Shown one piece after another: positions 18,268 through 35,989 of a stretch of 64,000 nt of DNA. The translations under genes were made by a program, and so were the position numbers. The stretch comes from the human T2T-CHM13v2.0 reference genome, Homo sapiens: assembly GCF_009914755.1 (NCBI RefSeq), contig NC_060940.1; one strand, 5' to 3'. Each line of letters opens with the position of its first letter. Position 1 is the first letter of the stretch. The notes beneath the pieces are model-generated. The model worked only from the letters and a program-made list of their open reading frames with translations. It was not told the DNA's origin and did no database searches.

Positions 18268-19630
<1,363 letters not shown>

Positions 19631-19755
19631 TTGCAGCCTTCTTGTTTTCACAGACAAGCGCAAGGTGGTAGTGGGGGAATCAGCCGACTCCCTGGGCTGG
19701 GGAGAGACGGCCACGGTCCCTGGGACACACGGCTGGTGTGAGGTGACCATGATGA

Positions 19756-20232
<477 letters not shown>

Positions 20233-20389
20233 TTGGAAGACTCTTGGCCCCCGACTGCTGGGTAGTTTTGAGGGAAGAGGCCACCTCAGCCCAACAGAAC
20301 TCCGAGCCCCTCAGCGGCACCCACACAGTCCCATCGAAGCAGGTCTAATACAGTGGGGTTTGAACCTTCTTTAAAGAAGAGAACATTTC

Positions 20390-20847
<458 letters not shown>

Positions 20848-21034
20848 TCAGGCTCCATGGCCACCGTGCTCGGTGTCACCAGCCCCATCTTACAAATGTG
20901 GAAACTGGGGACCTAAGAGAGTAATATCCACCCACAACTGAACAGCTAGTGGGAGGCAGGGCCAGGATCCATCCCCAAACTGGAATCTGGCTGACCCCAA
21001 GAGCCGGTGCTTCCTGTAGCATAATCCCATGTAA

Positions 21035-21245
21035 CAGCTGGCAAACTTTCTGCAAGGGGCCAGGCAGGAAATATTTGATCTCTGTGGGCCACACAAACTA
21101 CACACACAGCTTTGCCACGGCAGCCTGAAAGCAGCCGTAGACAACGTGGAAATGAACGAGCATGACTCTGTCTCAATAAAACTTTCTTTCTAAAAGCAGG
21201 CATCAGGCAGGATTGGGTCTCAGGGCTGTGGTTGCCAATCCCTGC
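21035..21245. mobile_element. MER58-like hAT MITE
   Basis: ggcaaactttctgcaaggggccag...caataaaactt...gttgccaatccctg. Confidence 0.65.
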
Positions 21246-21497
21246 TCTATAACATCCAGGACTGGCTGCGGAGGGGAGCTGGGATCTAGGACACACTGGC
21301 AATAGCAGAACCTCGAAAGCCTGAGGCTTGTTCGTGCCAAAAACAAAAGCCACAGCCAGAACCCCAGCTGCAGGTGGGCAGGGCAGCTCCCTCTTGAAGG
21401 GCTGCGTGTGAGGACATGAATGAATTCACGAAAGCACTTCGCCCAGCCAGCTGCCCCATAAGTGTTCTCTATTATCATCCACAAAGAGCTCCTTGCG

Positions 21498-21562
21498 GAG
21501 GCCCCCGACAAAAGGAATCGCTGATGATCCGAGGCCCCCGACAAAAGGAATCGCTGATGATC
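21498..21562. repeat. 33-bp tandem duplication
   Basis: gaggcccccgacaaaaggaatcgctgatgatc occurs twice. Confidence 0.95.
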
Positions 21563-21749
21563 GTGTCTGTAACAGGAGGGAGCTTCCCTGCTCAGTCTCC
21601 AAACCCCTTCCTCGGTGAATACTCCAAGATTCTAAAATAAAACACCCCACGTTTGCATTTTAACGTGGTCTGGAGCTTGAGGACAAAACCTACACATATA
21701 ACCTGGAAGGATCAGGTTCTCAGTGAGCCCTGGAGAGGCAGAAGTCTCG

Positions 21750-22255
21750 GAGGAGAGGGGGTTGGAGGGAGAGGAGGAAAGGAGGAGAGAACGGAGGGAA
21801 GGAGGAGAGGGAAGGAGGGAGAAGAGGGAGGGAGGAGTAAGTTGGGGGAGAAGAGGGAGGGAGGAGGAAGAGGAGGAAGGGAGGGAAGGAGGAGAGAGGA
21901 GAGGAGGGAGAAGAGGAAGGGAGGAGGGAGAAGAGGGAGAGAGGAGGAAGAGGAGGAAGGGAAGGAAGAGAGGAGGGAGAGGAAGGGAGGAGGAGAGAGG
22001 GGACGAAGGAGAGGAGGAAGGGAGGGAGGAGACAGGGGAGAAGGAAGAGGAGGGAGGGAAGGAGGACAGAGGGAGGGAAGGGGAGAGGGAAGGAGGGAGA
22101 AAAGGAGGGAGGAGGAAAGACAGGGCAGGAAGAGGAAGAGAGGAGGAGGAGGGAGCAGACAAGGCAGAGGGAGAAGGAGGAGGAAGGGAAGGAGGAGGAA
22201 GGCGAGAGGGAGGAGGAAGGGAGGGAGAGGGGAGGGCAGGCAGGGAGGAGAGAGA
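21750..22255. repeat. About 500-bp polypurine (GGA/GGGA-rich) tract
   Basis: Almost only G and A on the plus strand. Confidence 0.95.
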
Positions 22256-23619
22256 CACCCCAGCCCCTCTCACATCCCCAGGGCCTGCCAAGCCTCAGCA
22301 GCAGAGGTGGCCAAACAGGAGGGAAAGCTCTCAGGAGGATGAAGCCAATGCTGGGGATTAAAAACCAAATGCCAGCCCTGCCCCAGACAAGGAGCTCATT
22401 TGTGCTAAGGCCAGAATTGTTATTTGTTAATTATGTGCCTGCCTCGGGCTATTAAAAGCCTATTTCCTGAGCCTGGGATTCCAGAAGGAAGGGAGCAGAT
22501 CCCAGGGACCCAGGCCCGTCCCAAGGCTTCAGAAGGATGGAGCCTGTGCAGGAAGACCTCCCCACTTCCGGGGAGGCTTCGTGCTCCGGGTCACCAGGCC
22601 CTGACCCCCGCTCTGCGGCCATGCACTGTCCTCGCAGTGGGGGCAGAGCCACGCAGACCAGACCACAGAACCCAGGCCCCTGGAGCTGGATTTCCACATG
22701 GGTTACATAGGCGGGTGCTGGCATGGCGAGGTTGGACAGGCTTTGAGACCCGGCTCTGGGCCCTCCTAGCTCCAGGACAGCGGTTCCCATCGCGGCTGCC
22801 CATTGAGATCACCTGGGAAGTTAACATCACCTATCCAGGGCCTCAGCCCAGGCTGATTCAAGGCTCTGTGAGAAGTGCCAGGATTTTGAAAAACTCCCAG
22901 GTGACTTTAACAGCCAGGGATGGGAACCCCTGAGCTAGGGCCACTGTGGGAACAGGTGGCTTTACTCTTGCAGCCTCAGTTTCCCTGGCTGTAAAACTGT
23001 TATGACACCAGCCTTGCAGGAAGTGCCAGGTGTGGGGTGTGGGGCTGCCAAGTGTGGGGAGAAATGACCCTCGGGGAGCCAGCTGGCCGGGGCCTAGGGG
23101 GTCCTGAGCTGGGGGTGCCGTGCCGCCTCTCCGCTGAGACCACTACTTCCAAAGCATCCGGAGCCAGGCTCTGGGCTGAGCCTGCCATTTGCACTCCTGC
23201 ATTCAACCCTCACACCATCCCTCAGGGAGAACACTAGGATCACGCCCATGCTACAAAGGAGAACACTGAGCTTTGGAGAAGGGAGGTAACGTGCTGGTAA
23301 TACACAGAGCCTGGGGAGCAGGGCTGGGGCTTGACGTGGCTCCAGGCCCCACTGCCCTCACCATTGCTGGGATCCGCAGCCCTGATCCTTCAAAAGCCCT
23401 GAGCCAGGCAAGCCCGTGCCCGAGACGCTACATCCAGGCTCTGTGGAGGATGCCCAGGTCCCTGGGGTCAGGGCACCATTCCCTGTGCCAGCTCTTGGTG
23501 AACTCCCGGCCGCCCAGAGGTCACCGCAGACACCCGCTGGAGACAGGAGCAAGCGTGGGCATCACGGCTCACGTGCGCCCTCTACTGGTTCTTTTTCATT
23601 TCATTTAAATTAATGAATT

Positions 23620-23880
23620 GATTTTTTGAGACAGGGTCTCTCTCTGTGGCTCAGGTTCACTGCAGCCTGGACTTCCCTGGCTCAAGCGATTCTCCCATCT
23701 TGGCCTCCCAAAGTGCTGGGTGAAACTACAGGCACTCTCCACCACACCTGGCTAAGTTTTAAACTTTTTTGTAGAGACAGGGCCTCATTATATTGGTCTT
23801 GAACTCCTAGGCTCAAACGATCCTCCTGCCTTGGCCTCCCAAAGTCCTGGGGTTACAGGTATAAGCCACCCCATACGGCC
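23620..23880 (-). mobile_element. Rearranged old Alu
   Basis: Antisense Alu consensus with internal deletions. Confidence 0.8.
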
Positions 23881-25265
23881 TGATTCTTTTAAAAACAGCG
23901 TTTGGGCTTGCACCCCAGACGTTTCACTTGGAGGCCCTGAATGGGACCACGCCCTCTTCCCCAAGGCACCATCACACACACACAGGGCTCCAGCCTGTCG
24001 GACCCACGATGCGATGGACGGCCAGACGGCCCACCTGGGCTACGGTCCACCTGGGCAGTGGCTCCCCCTCTTTGGGCCTCTGCTTCCTCACCTGCAGAAC
24101 TGGGGTAAATAACAGTGCCCAGGTCCGGGTGGGCAGGCATGAGAGGTTAAGGACCACACTTGAGTCCTCACTCCAGCCAATGCGGTGCGATGATTCTATA
24201 TGCGTTTTGTGGATGAGAAAACTCCAGTGCTGGCCTCGCTGTGCACACGTAATAAACACAAGCTGTCATTCAGATCACGAGTTGATGCTAAGCTTAGATC
24301 CACATCACGTGATTTGAACTGCAGGTGTAAGTGTCCTCAGGGCACTTATTCATTGATTCCTTCAACATTCAGCACCTACTGGGTGCCAACGGCTACTGTT
24401 CCAGCCCCGAGTGTGGGTCGGGGGACTTGTCGCCCCCTTGCGGTCACGCAGCTGGAGTGGGTGCTACACAAAATATTCCTGGTTCCAGCCTGACTCTTGG
24501 GGCACAATTTTCCCTTATTCTATGGGAATGGCCAGGGGCTTGGGAAGGAGGACATCCTCCATCTGAATCTCACTTCTGCTTCCTGCTGTGACACTGCCTC
24601 TCGGCCTGGGCTTTCTCACCTGCAGAGCCAGCTTATGTCACCCTCCTTTGCAGCGCAGGTGTAACACCCCAGCTCTGAGCCTGGGCCAGGGAGGTGGCCA
24701 GTCAACAGGCATTTATTGTGCACCTGCTGTGTGCCCTGCATGGCCCCAGGTGCTGCAGACACTGCTGAGGAAAGAACGGCCTCTACAGAGGTTTATCTGT
24801 GCCTTTCCCCTACACCTCCTGTCCAGGCTCCAGTAGCAGGAATCAGGTCCCCAAGATTTCAGGGTCAACTGGAGAAAAAGCAGGAGGGTCCCCAGTGATT
24901 CAAGCTATCACTGGGAGGGGCCCACGATGCTGAGCTTTGAGAACAGTGCTTGTGGGAGGCTGGACTGTGTGAGTGCCTCTGGGCACTGATCGTTTGATCC
25001 TCCCAGTGAGGCAGCCCCCATCTTCCAGACGGGCACACTGAGGCACAGAGAAGTCAGGGCACAGCCTGTTTGCGCACAGCCTGTGATCTGGGGGCTGGAA
25101 GCACAAAGATATTTCCAAGATCCTGGGTCAGTTCAAGCAGGGACTAGGGGCAGATGATAAGCCCACTCACAGTGCCAAGAAGCAGGGTTTAGGGGAGACT
25201 GGGAATTGGAAAAGGCTTTTCAGAAGGGGTCAATCAGAAAGCGGCAGGAGAGATTCCCGAGGCAC

Positions 25266-25453
25266 CCACAGCACACACAAAGGCCCTGAGGCAGGAACAG
25301 AGGGGCCACAGGCCACAGCACACACAAAGGCCCTGAGGCAGGAACATAGGGGCCACAGGCCACAGCACACACAAAGGCCCTGAGGCAGGAACAGAGGGGC
25401 CACAGGCCACAGCACACACAAAGGCCCTGAGGCAGGAACAGAGGGGCCACAGG
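25266..25453. repeat. 47-bp minisatellite, 4 copies
   Basis: Unit ccacagcacacacaaaggccctgaggcaggaacagaggggccacagg starts at 25266, 25313, 25360 and 25407; one substitution in copy 2. Confidence 0.97.
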
Positions 25454-25999
25454 GGCTGAGCGGGGTGACACTAATCCCTCAGAGATGACCGGGTGTCTGG
25501 ATTTAGTGCAGGTCTTTCAAAAGCAAACTGATAAATTCCTCCAAGGGTTCCAGATGCGTTTAATCTTTTTTTTTTTTTTTAATTCCAATTACAGGGAAAG
25601 CTTTGTGTTATTATGGATGAGGCTGGGGTAGCTCTTGGCGGTTTTACCTTTTCGAGGCATCCCAGGCCCGATAGAGACAGCAGTGGATGTTTTAAATCTC
25701 TTTTTAATTAAGGAAAAAGCCCTAGCTTGCGTCAGGGATGAGCTGCTGGAGAGAGACAACCTGAGAGGAGCTAGAGACAGGAGCTTCGACACACCAAGGT
25801 GGGGGAAGGTGCCCAGCCGCCTGGCTCTGCCCAGCCAAACCACATTCCTGCCCTGGGCACTGACTGCACTTCCTCCCTCCTGGGCAGCCCTCCCAGTTCC
25901 CGTGGTCTGTTCCTGCTCATCCTAGCACTGGGCGCTCTGGGAAGGCTGTGGAGGGTGTAGGTACAGTGTGGTGAGCCCAGATTCCAAAGGCCAGGTCCA

Positions 26000-26682
<683 letters not shown>

Positions 26683-26809
26683 TCAATCTACTCATCCCTA
26701 AAATGGAAACAAGAGCAGGACAACCATGAGAACAAAAAAAAAAGCCACGTACTTGGCACCCTGCCTGGCCACGGAAACACTCGTGTGTGACCCAGGGTCC
26801 CCTAGCCTT

Positions 26810-26960
26810 GGCGCTGCTAACACTGTGGTCATTCTCTGTGGTGGGGCTGTCCTGTGTGTCAGGCAATGTTTAGCAGTGTCCCTGGCCTCTAGACCCTGTA
26901 GCACCCCCAGCTTCTGTGACCAAAAATACTTCCAGACATTGCCAACTGTCCCTGGAGGGC
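26810..26960. mobile_element. MER20-like hAT DNA transposon fragment
   Basis: tgtttagcagtgtccctggcctcta...ccagacattgcca motif. Confidence 0.7.
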
Positions 26961-27148
26961 AGGGTCACCAGGTAAAATGCGGGCCTTCCATCGCATTTGA
27001 ATCTCAGGTTAACAAATAGTTTTTTTAGTAGAGGCATGTCCCATGCAATGCTTGGGACATGCTTCTACTTGACAGTATTCCTTATCTGAAATTCATATAT
27101 AACTGGGCATCCTGTTTTTATGTTATTTTCCTCCTCAATCTGGCAGCT
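26960..27148. mobile_element. MER53-like palindromic MITE
   Basis: Central atgtcccatgcaatgcttgggacat, plus tatctgaaattca...aactgggcatcctg and aatctggca end. Confidence 0.75.
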
Positions 27149-28499
27149 CTACATGGGGCTGTCGGGGGAGCAGGCCCGTCACCCACGGTCTTCAATGACA
27201 GGGGTAATTGTCATTCACTGCAACAATAACTGGGCATTTCAGGGCTGGCGCTGCCACTCCTGGCATGGAGCTGCTGGCTTCCTCTGTCCCCATGTGGCCC
27301 CAGTGCCTGGGGCTACACGGAGGGGCTCCAGGATGGCCCAAGCCAGAGGAACCCAAGCCCCCAGTCTGCCCTTGACCTGCTGTGTGGTCTGAACAAGTTT
27401 CTTACCCTCTCTGTCACCTACTGCAAAGGGGGTTATCAGCGCTAACAATTGCTACACACAGTTAGCCTTCTCATTGGAATAGAGATTCTAACCTTTTTTT
27501 TTTTTTTTTTTTTTTTTAAAGAAATGGTGGTCTTGCTATGTTGCCAGGTGGAACTCAAACTTCTGGGCTCACGCGGTCTTGCTGCCTTGGCCTCCTAACT
27601 CCTGCGCTCAGGTGATCTTCCTGCTTGGGCCCCCTAAGTAAGCTGGGATTCTAGGTGTGAGCCACTGTGCCCAGCTCTGACTGTAACTTTTGCCCTAGAT
27701 AATAACCTGTATACTGCAGTGCTGTCATAAGGATGCATGGTACTAAGAGGAAGGTGTCGAATGGCAGGCACTTAGTCAGGCCATATAATTAGCACCATTA
27801 TTACTGCTTTGGAAGGAGTAGTATAAGCAGGCCGATTCCAGTTAGTACCAGAGAAAGGTGGTGAACGTTGCTACTTGAGCGAACTGGGAGTATCCCAGGG
27901 GAACATGGGCCCTGTGGGCAGCTGAAGCTGGGAAAGGCCGCAGCCAGAGAGCGGAGCAGACTGAAGGCTGGGCTGGATTTGCAGCTCCACGTAGGAGCAA
28001 CATTCAGGAGCGGAAGCGGCACCAAGCACTGTCACTCCCAGCTCAGGTCCAGCCACTCTGCAAGGTGAGCTCTCCGGGGAGTCCTGGCTCCCGCTGAGTG
28101 GGCCCAGGGCCCCAGGACTGCCTTGCTCTGCTCGCTCCCTGATCAGGGACCAGGACTTTCCTGGACTCCGACAGCAGCAACATGCTTTGGGACCCGGCCT
28201 ATGTTGCCCAGGCAACCTCAGCGAATCTTACAGAGGGGCTCACTGCTGACGGGAAAGCCCCGGCCCAGGGCCCCAGGAGCTGCTGGCCCCAGTGTTGAGA
28301 AGAGACAAGTGCAGTGACAGGTCCCTCAGCACGTTCTATGAACGCCTATGTGCACCAGGCGCCACGGTGCCAGTGCCTTCACAGGACTTGGCTCCTGAAA
28401 TGATCTAAACAGCCCCTGGTGTTATCCCGCCCAGCTCATCCTGGAAGACACGGAGGCGAAAAGAGGTTGAGCCACTTGCCCAAGATCACACAGCTAATT

Positions 28500-29500
<1,001 letters not shown>

Positions 29501-30136
29501 CTAACTTCCTTCGATTTTTTTTTCTTTTTTTTCAGAGACAGGGTCTCACTCTGTTGCCCAGGCTGGAATGCAGTGGCACCGGGCTACGTTTATTTTGTAG
29601 AAATGGGGTCTCACTAATATTGCCCAGGCTGGTCTCAAGCAATCCTCCTGCCTTGGCCTCCCAAAGTGCTGGGATTACAAGTGTGTGCCACTGCACCTGG
29701 CCCGCTCTGACTTCCGAGTCTTGAGCAACACAAAGCCAGGGAGACCCCCGGTGGGACCGTGAGTCCCAGCACCTCCCCATCCCTCTGTCTCCCTGGAGGC
29801 TCATTCCTCACCTTTGTCCATCCCACAGATACTTCTAGAGCACGTGGTGCAGGCCAGGCCCTAAGGAAACTGCAGGGAACGAGGGGGAGGCTCTGTCTGG
29901 ACTCTGGACTTGCTGGGTTGGGTTGTGTTCCTGAGGCCCCTAGGGATCCAGCTCGGCCATACTCTGGCTGGGTGACCTCAGGTGGGAGCTTTACCACCTG
30001 ACACCTCAGCTTCTGTATCTACAGTGGGGACAGTGGACAGCACGGAAGCCTTGCTGTGCGGATGAAAGGAGATGGAGGGAAAGAGCTGAACCTGCCTGGT
30101 GAGGTGTGAGCTTTGGGAGCGCTGAGCTCCCTGTGG

Positions 30137-30205
30137 GATGATGGGAATGACGGGGATGACGGGGATGATGGGAATCATGGGGATGACGAGGATAATGGGG
30201 ATGAC
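30137..30205. repeat. 9-bp-period repeat (GATGAYGGG/GATGGGAAT)
   Basis: Direct inspection. Confidence 0.85.
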
Positions 30206-31104
30206 AGGGCAGCCACCCCGGCCGGCGGGAGGGTCAGTCCGAGGAGGGTCTCCATATGGTGGCTAAGGCTGAGAGCACATTCATTCTGCAAACATTTGTT
30301 GCGTGGTCTGTGTGTGCCAAGTCTTGGGCCAGGTGCCAGGGCTACAGGGATGAAAAAGACAGCGTGGCTCCTGACCTCACGGATCCAGGAGTGTGAGGAG
30401 GAGAACATCCTTGGGAACTATCACCCGAATACTAACACAGAGTGCTGGGGTGTAGACCAGCCAGGCTGACCTTCCCAGGCACGGCTGGAAATGGCGCTTC
30501 GTCTCCCACCTGCTGGCCTCCCTCCTTTCGGAGGATATCAGGTGCCGGAGGTTTAGCTTAAGCATGGGTGACTGATGGGGGGGGACCGGCTAAGTCCCTG
30601 CTGTAAGCCAGGAGGGGTGCCCGCTCTGCCCTGGGCAGGGGGCGGGGCGAGATCAGACGCCATCTGCTCCCTCGGTTAAAACAGGCTTCGATGATCCACC
30701 CCACTGCCCTGAGCCGAAGGGAGGCTGGAGTGGGGTGTCTCTCAGGAGCTCCTGCCTCCTGGGCAGAGATCTGTTCAGAAGGTTCCAGAAAGAGCCCTGG
30801 AATTGAGCCTGCACACCTGGGTTCCCAGCCAGGCTGACTTGCTCCTTGTTAACTTGGGCAGCCAGTCCCCACCGCAGCCCCATCTGCAAGGCAAGGACAT
30901 TGGCTGTCAGCCTGGACCACCCAGGGGAATCACCTAGGCGGCCTCCTAGAGCACCAGTGCCTGGGACCCATCCACACCAATCTCATCCCAACCTCTGGGG
31001 AATGGGCAGTGGCTGCATCCATTTGGAAGCCTTCCAGAAGATTCTGATGTGGGTGGAGGTTTAGACTCCTGGGCTAGAATGATTCCAGTGCTTTGTATTT
31101 CTTC

Positions 31105-31405
31105 TTTTTTGAGACAGGGTCTTGCTCTGTTGCCAGGCTGGAGTGCAGTGGTTTTGGCAATTTGGCAAAATTTGGCAATTTTGGCTCACTGCAACTTCCA
31201 TCTCCTGGGCTCAAGCAATCCTCACACCTCAGCCTCCTGAGTAGCTGGCACTACAGGCGCATGCTACCACACCCAACTAATGTTTCTATTCTTTGTAGAG
31301 ATGGGGTTTCACCACGTTGCCCAGACTGGTCTCAAACTCCTGACCTCAAGCAATCTGCCCACCTTGGCTTTCCGAAGTGCTGGCCTGTATTACCGCACCT
31401 GGCCT
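31105..31405 (-). mobile_element. Old Alu with internal microduplications
   Basis: Antisense Alu consensus. Confidence 0.85.
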
Positions 31406-32899
31406 GTATTACTCTGAAGTTCTCAATCCACACCTCAGCTTCTATCACCTGCTGGCCCCAGGGACCTCAGCTCCTCCAGCTCAGCCCGGCCTCCATACCT
31501 GCCTCCTCGCTGCTCACCAGCTCAGTGTGCTTGGTCCTGACTCAGGGCCTTTGCATTTGCTGTTCCTTCTGCCTGGAACACTGTTCCCTGCATCCACATG
31601 GCTAACTCCAGTGTCGGCACCACAGAGAACCCCTCACCTTGCCTCATCCCCTCGACTGCACCTCCTTGCTCAATTCCCTTCACAGCACTCACCACGAAAT
31701 CCAGCCTGCTGGGTGTGTGTTTGTTCACACACACCATTCCACATTTCCGTCTCTCCCCCATGGACAGGAGCTCTGTGCTGCTCACTGCTGCATCCCGAGG
31801 GCTGAGTGTGCTGCCTGGCATGCAGCAGGTACTCAGTACATGTTTGTGTGGAGTTGCCCGGGACACACTCTCCTCTGGGCTCTGTCCCGCACTGGAAGGG
31901 AACCAGCACCATGGAACAGCGACTGTGCGTTGGCTCCTGTTCGCAGCTTGGGTGTGGAGGTCAGCAGAGTAGACAAAGACCCCTGGAACATGGCGGTGGC
32001 AATGGCAGGCAGTGGGTGAGGACCTCCCCCAGGATCCCCGCAGGCAGGAGCCTGAGCCCATTTTACAGACAGGGACAGGAAAGCTCAGGGAAGTGGGGTG
32101 CTTGACCTTGGCTATTTTCTAACTCCTGGTTCAGCGGGGACTGGATTCCACCATGTGATCTCCCTTCAAATGTATGAAATTTCCAGTTTGTTCTGAACAC
32201 TGCTGAAATGTATTAGTGGAATGAACGTTTTTCTCACCCTCCCATTTCACAGAGCTCCTGTCCCCAGGGATGGAAACTCCACATTCCCTGCCTGGCTCCA
32301 CCTGGCTGCTACCATCCTCTCCGGCGTTGTGGCCCCTCCAGTTCCTCCACCATGCACGCCAGGCTGCTGCTTGCTTCCCAGCCCGTGCCCATGAGTTTCT
32401 GCTACCGGAAACAGCCACCCCTTCCCCGCTCTGTGCCAGGCCAGCTCTTTAGGCTGGGGTGCTTCCTGGGTGATGCCACCCCTAGCCACCCCGGGTAGGC
32501 AGGTGCTAGCTTCCATCCAGCACTGAGTTAGCATTAAGGTCATTCCTCACCTCTGTACACTCCCAGTGGCCAGGACCACACTGCCTTGTTCATCCCTGTA
32601 GCCCCGGCACCTGGGCCAGCGCCCAGTGCACGGTAGGGACGCAATAAACGTTTGTGGAGGGAACAATCTCTCACGCAATTCTGGCCTGCAGCTGTCCGCC
32701 AGCAGAGCCAGGCATTCACACTGTCACGGGGCCATATGGAGGGATTCTGGGTTTTGGGTTGACCAGGGGCTAGACGCAAGCCTCTGAAGGCAAATCAGAA
32801 AAATGGGTATCATAACGGCCAACCACCAATCACCCCCAGGCTGAGCCCCCCGAGCGAGGGAGTCACAGCCATGCCTGGCAGCCTGGGGTCCCCACAAAA

Positions 32900-33870
<971 letters not shown>

Positions 33871-34387
33871 AATGACAAACTACCAACCCAGGACAAAGCC
33901 TTCATCTTTCCCACCAAGCCCCAGGCAGCCCCAAGGGACCTTCCCCAGGACAGTTGCTGGGACCAGTCTCATTCCCAGGAGCCTGTATCCATGGTGACAC
34001 TGGAGTTAACCCAGGCTGGAGCTGACGCCCACCCCGCCCCCACAGAACCTCACAGATCACAGGGGTCCTCCCAGGTAGCCCTAACGCCCCAGCCAGCCAC
34101 TCTAGTGGGAAAGCCCATGCCTGCAGTTTAAGTCTTCCTGCTGAGGCCCCCGCACACCTGCAGCCACCTCCATAGCAGGAAGGTGTAACGGCTCCTTGGG
34201 TGCCATCTTTAGTGCCTATCTCAGAAAACTCTCGAGACCTGACCCAGGAGATCTTCCCAGTCACCACTCCATTTTACAGACACAGAAACTGAGGCCTGGG
34301 CACGGGAAGTGACTTGCACAACGTTGCAGTCAGTCAGAGGCAGACCCAGAATATGAACTCGGATCTCTGACCCCAGAGCCACTTTGC

Positions 34388-34548
34388 CAGTGGTCCTCAA
34401 AGTTACACAGCCACTGGAATCCCCCCGGAGGATGTGTTGAAAACCCTGAGTTCCTGACTCAGTTGATCCAGTGGGTCCTGAGAATCTGATGGTCTGACTG
34501 GTTCCTAAGTGATGCCGATACAGAAGGTCCCGGACCCCACTGAGAACC
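34388..34548. mobile_element. MER5A-like MITE
   Basis: cagtggtcctcaaagt ... cactgagaacca termini. Confidence 0.6.
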
Positions 34549-35049
34549 ATGCAGCAGGACCATGCCATTTCCTTGGCTGTGCCGCCCTGCTGGAACCTGG
34601 AGAGGGCGCACTTAGGAACCAAGGAGACGACTCCCCCTTTCCCCTTCCGTCTGTGGAGCCAACCCCTCCTAACTGGCCATGTGGCCTTGAGCCAGTGAGA
34701 GGTCCCCTGTGCCTCAGCCTCCCTGTCTGTAGAGTTCAGCAGTGATGAGGGTGCCATGCCCAGATCCTGTTGATGCCAGCACGTGCCAACCCTTATAGGG
34801 TGAGGCACGAGGGAGATTTTCTTTGGCCTGTGGGACACTCCCGTGGGTCACAGTCACCATGGCCAGGCCCTTGAGCAGAGGGACTCTGCAGCCCCTTTCC
34901 TTTGGACTCGGAAACAAAGGGGTGTTGGCACAGCTGTGTTCCTCCTATGCCACCCTCTCAATATCTACCACCCTTGGGCAGAGTCTTTGTTGCCAGACAG
35001 GAGAAGCACATTCCTGCCCCCCACAGGGGAAGCTCAGAGGTGAAATGAC

Positions 35050-35465
35050 TTAATGGGGGCTGAATAGTGTCCCCCAAATTCACATCAACCCAGAACCTCA
35101 GAATATGACCTTATTTGGAAATGAGGTCTTTGCCGATGTAATTAGTTAAGGATCTCATGATGAGCTCATCCTGGATTTGGGGGCGGAGGGGCTCTAAATC
35201 CAATGCCTGGTGTCCTTACAAGAGGAGGAGAGGGAGGTTGAATGCAGGGCAACATGAAGAGAGGAAGGCCACGTGAAGACAAAGGCAGAGACTGGACCCA
35301 GGAGGCCTGAAGCTATCAGAAGCTGGAAGAGGCAAGAAGGTTCCTCCTTTGGCGCTGAGGAGGGAGGGCGGCCCTGCCAGGGCCGATTTCAGAACAATGA
35401 GAGAATAAAAATTGCTGTTTTAAGCCCCCCAGCGTGGTCATTTGTCACAGCAGCCACCGGACAGT
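35050..35465 (+). mobile_element. MaLR LTR (MLT1B/C-type)
   Basis: gggctgaatagtgtcccccaaattcac...gaccttatttggaaatgaggtctttgc...gagaataaaa. Confidence 0.8.
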
Positions 35466-35989
35466 CACGCACGGTAGAGATGGAAGCCAGCCCAGCAGTG
35501 GGCAGATCCCATCCCAGCCAGCCAAGTCGGGTGCCATCGACACAAAGCCAGCCCAATAGGGAAGGGGCCTGTGTCTTCCTGGGCAGTTACACAGCCTCAG
35601 AGCCCCTGGGGGAGCTGAGGAAGGAGGAGGTGGCGAGGGCTGGGGCTGTGGCTGGTCAGAGCGGGTGAGATGAAGCCCGCAGGGAAGAACGTCATACCCA
35701 CTGTGACCCTCACATTCTGCTGAGTGGGTTCAGCCCATGCCTCCCGTAACCACGCCTCCAAAGGGAATAAGAACGGGTCTCGGAGCTGCCTCCCTAGAGG
35801 AGCCCATGTCTCATTTCTAGTTGGTGTGACTGTAGCTGGTCACTTCCTCTCCTTGGTCCTCAACTTCCCTATCTGTAATGTAAGGCTTTGCAAGATGAGT
35901 GCCAAGGTGCCTCCCGGCTCAGAAAGCCTACTTTGGTTCTAGAGGGAGAGATTCCAAGACTGGAGGGGAAGGGAAAGGAGGGCAGCAAA

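Noticed and set aside
21632-22361. Three ORFs over 200 aa (E/G/R-rich or S/P/L-rich)
   Set aside because: Artefact of a polypurine tract that lacks stop codons.
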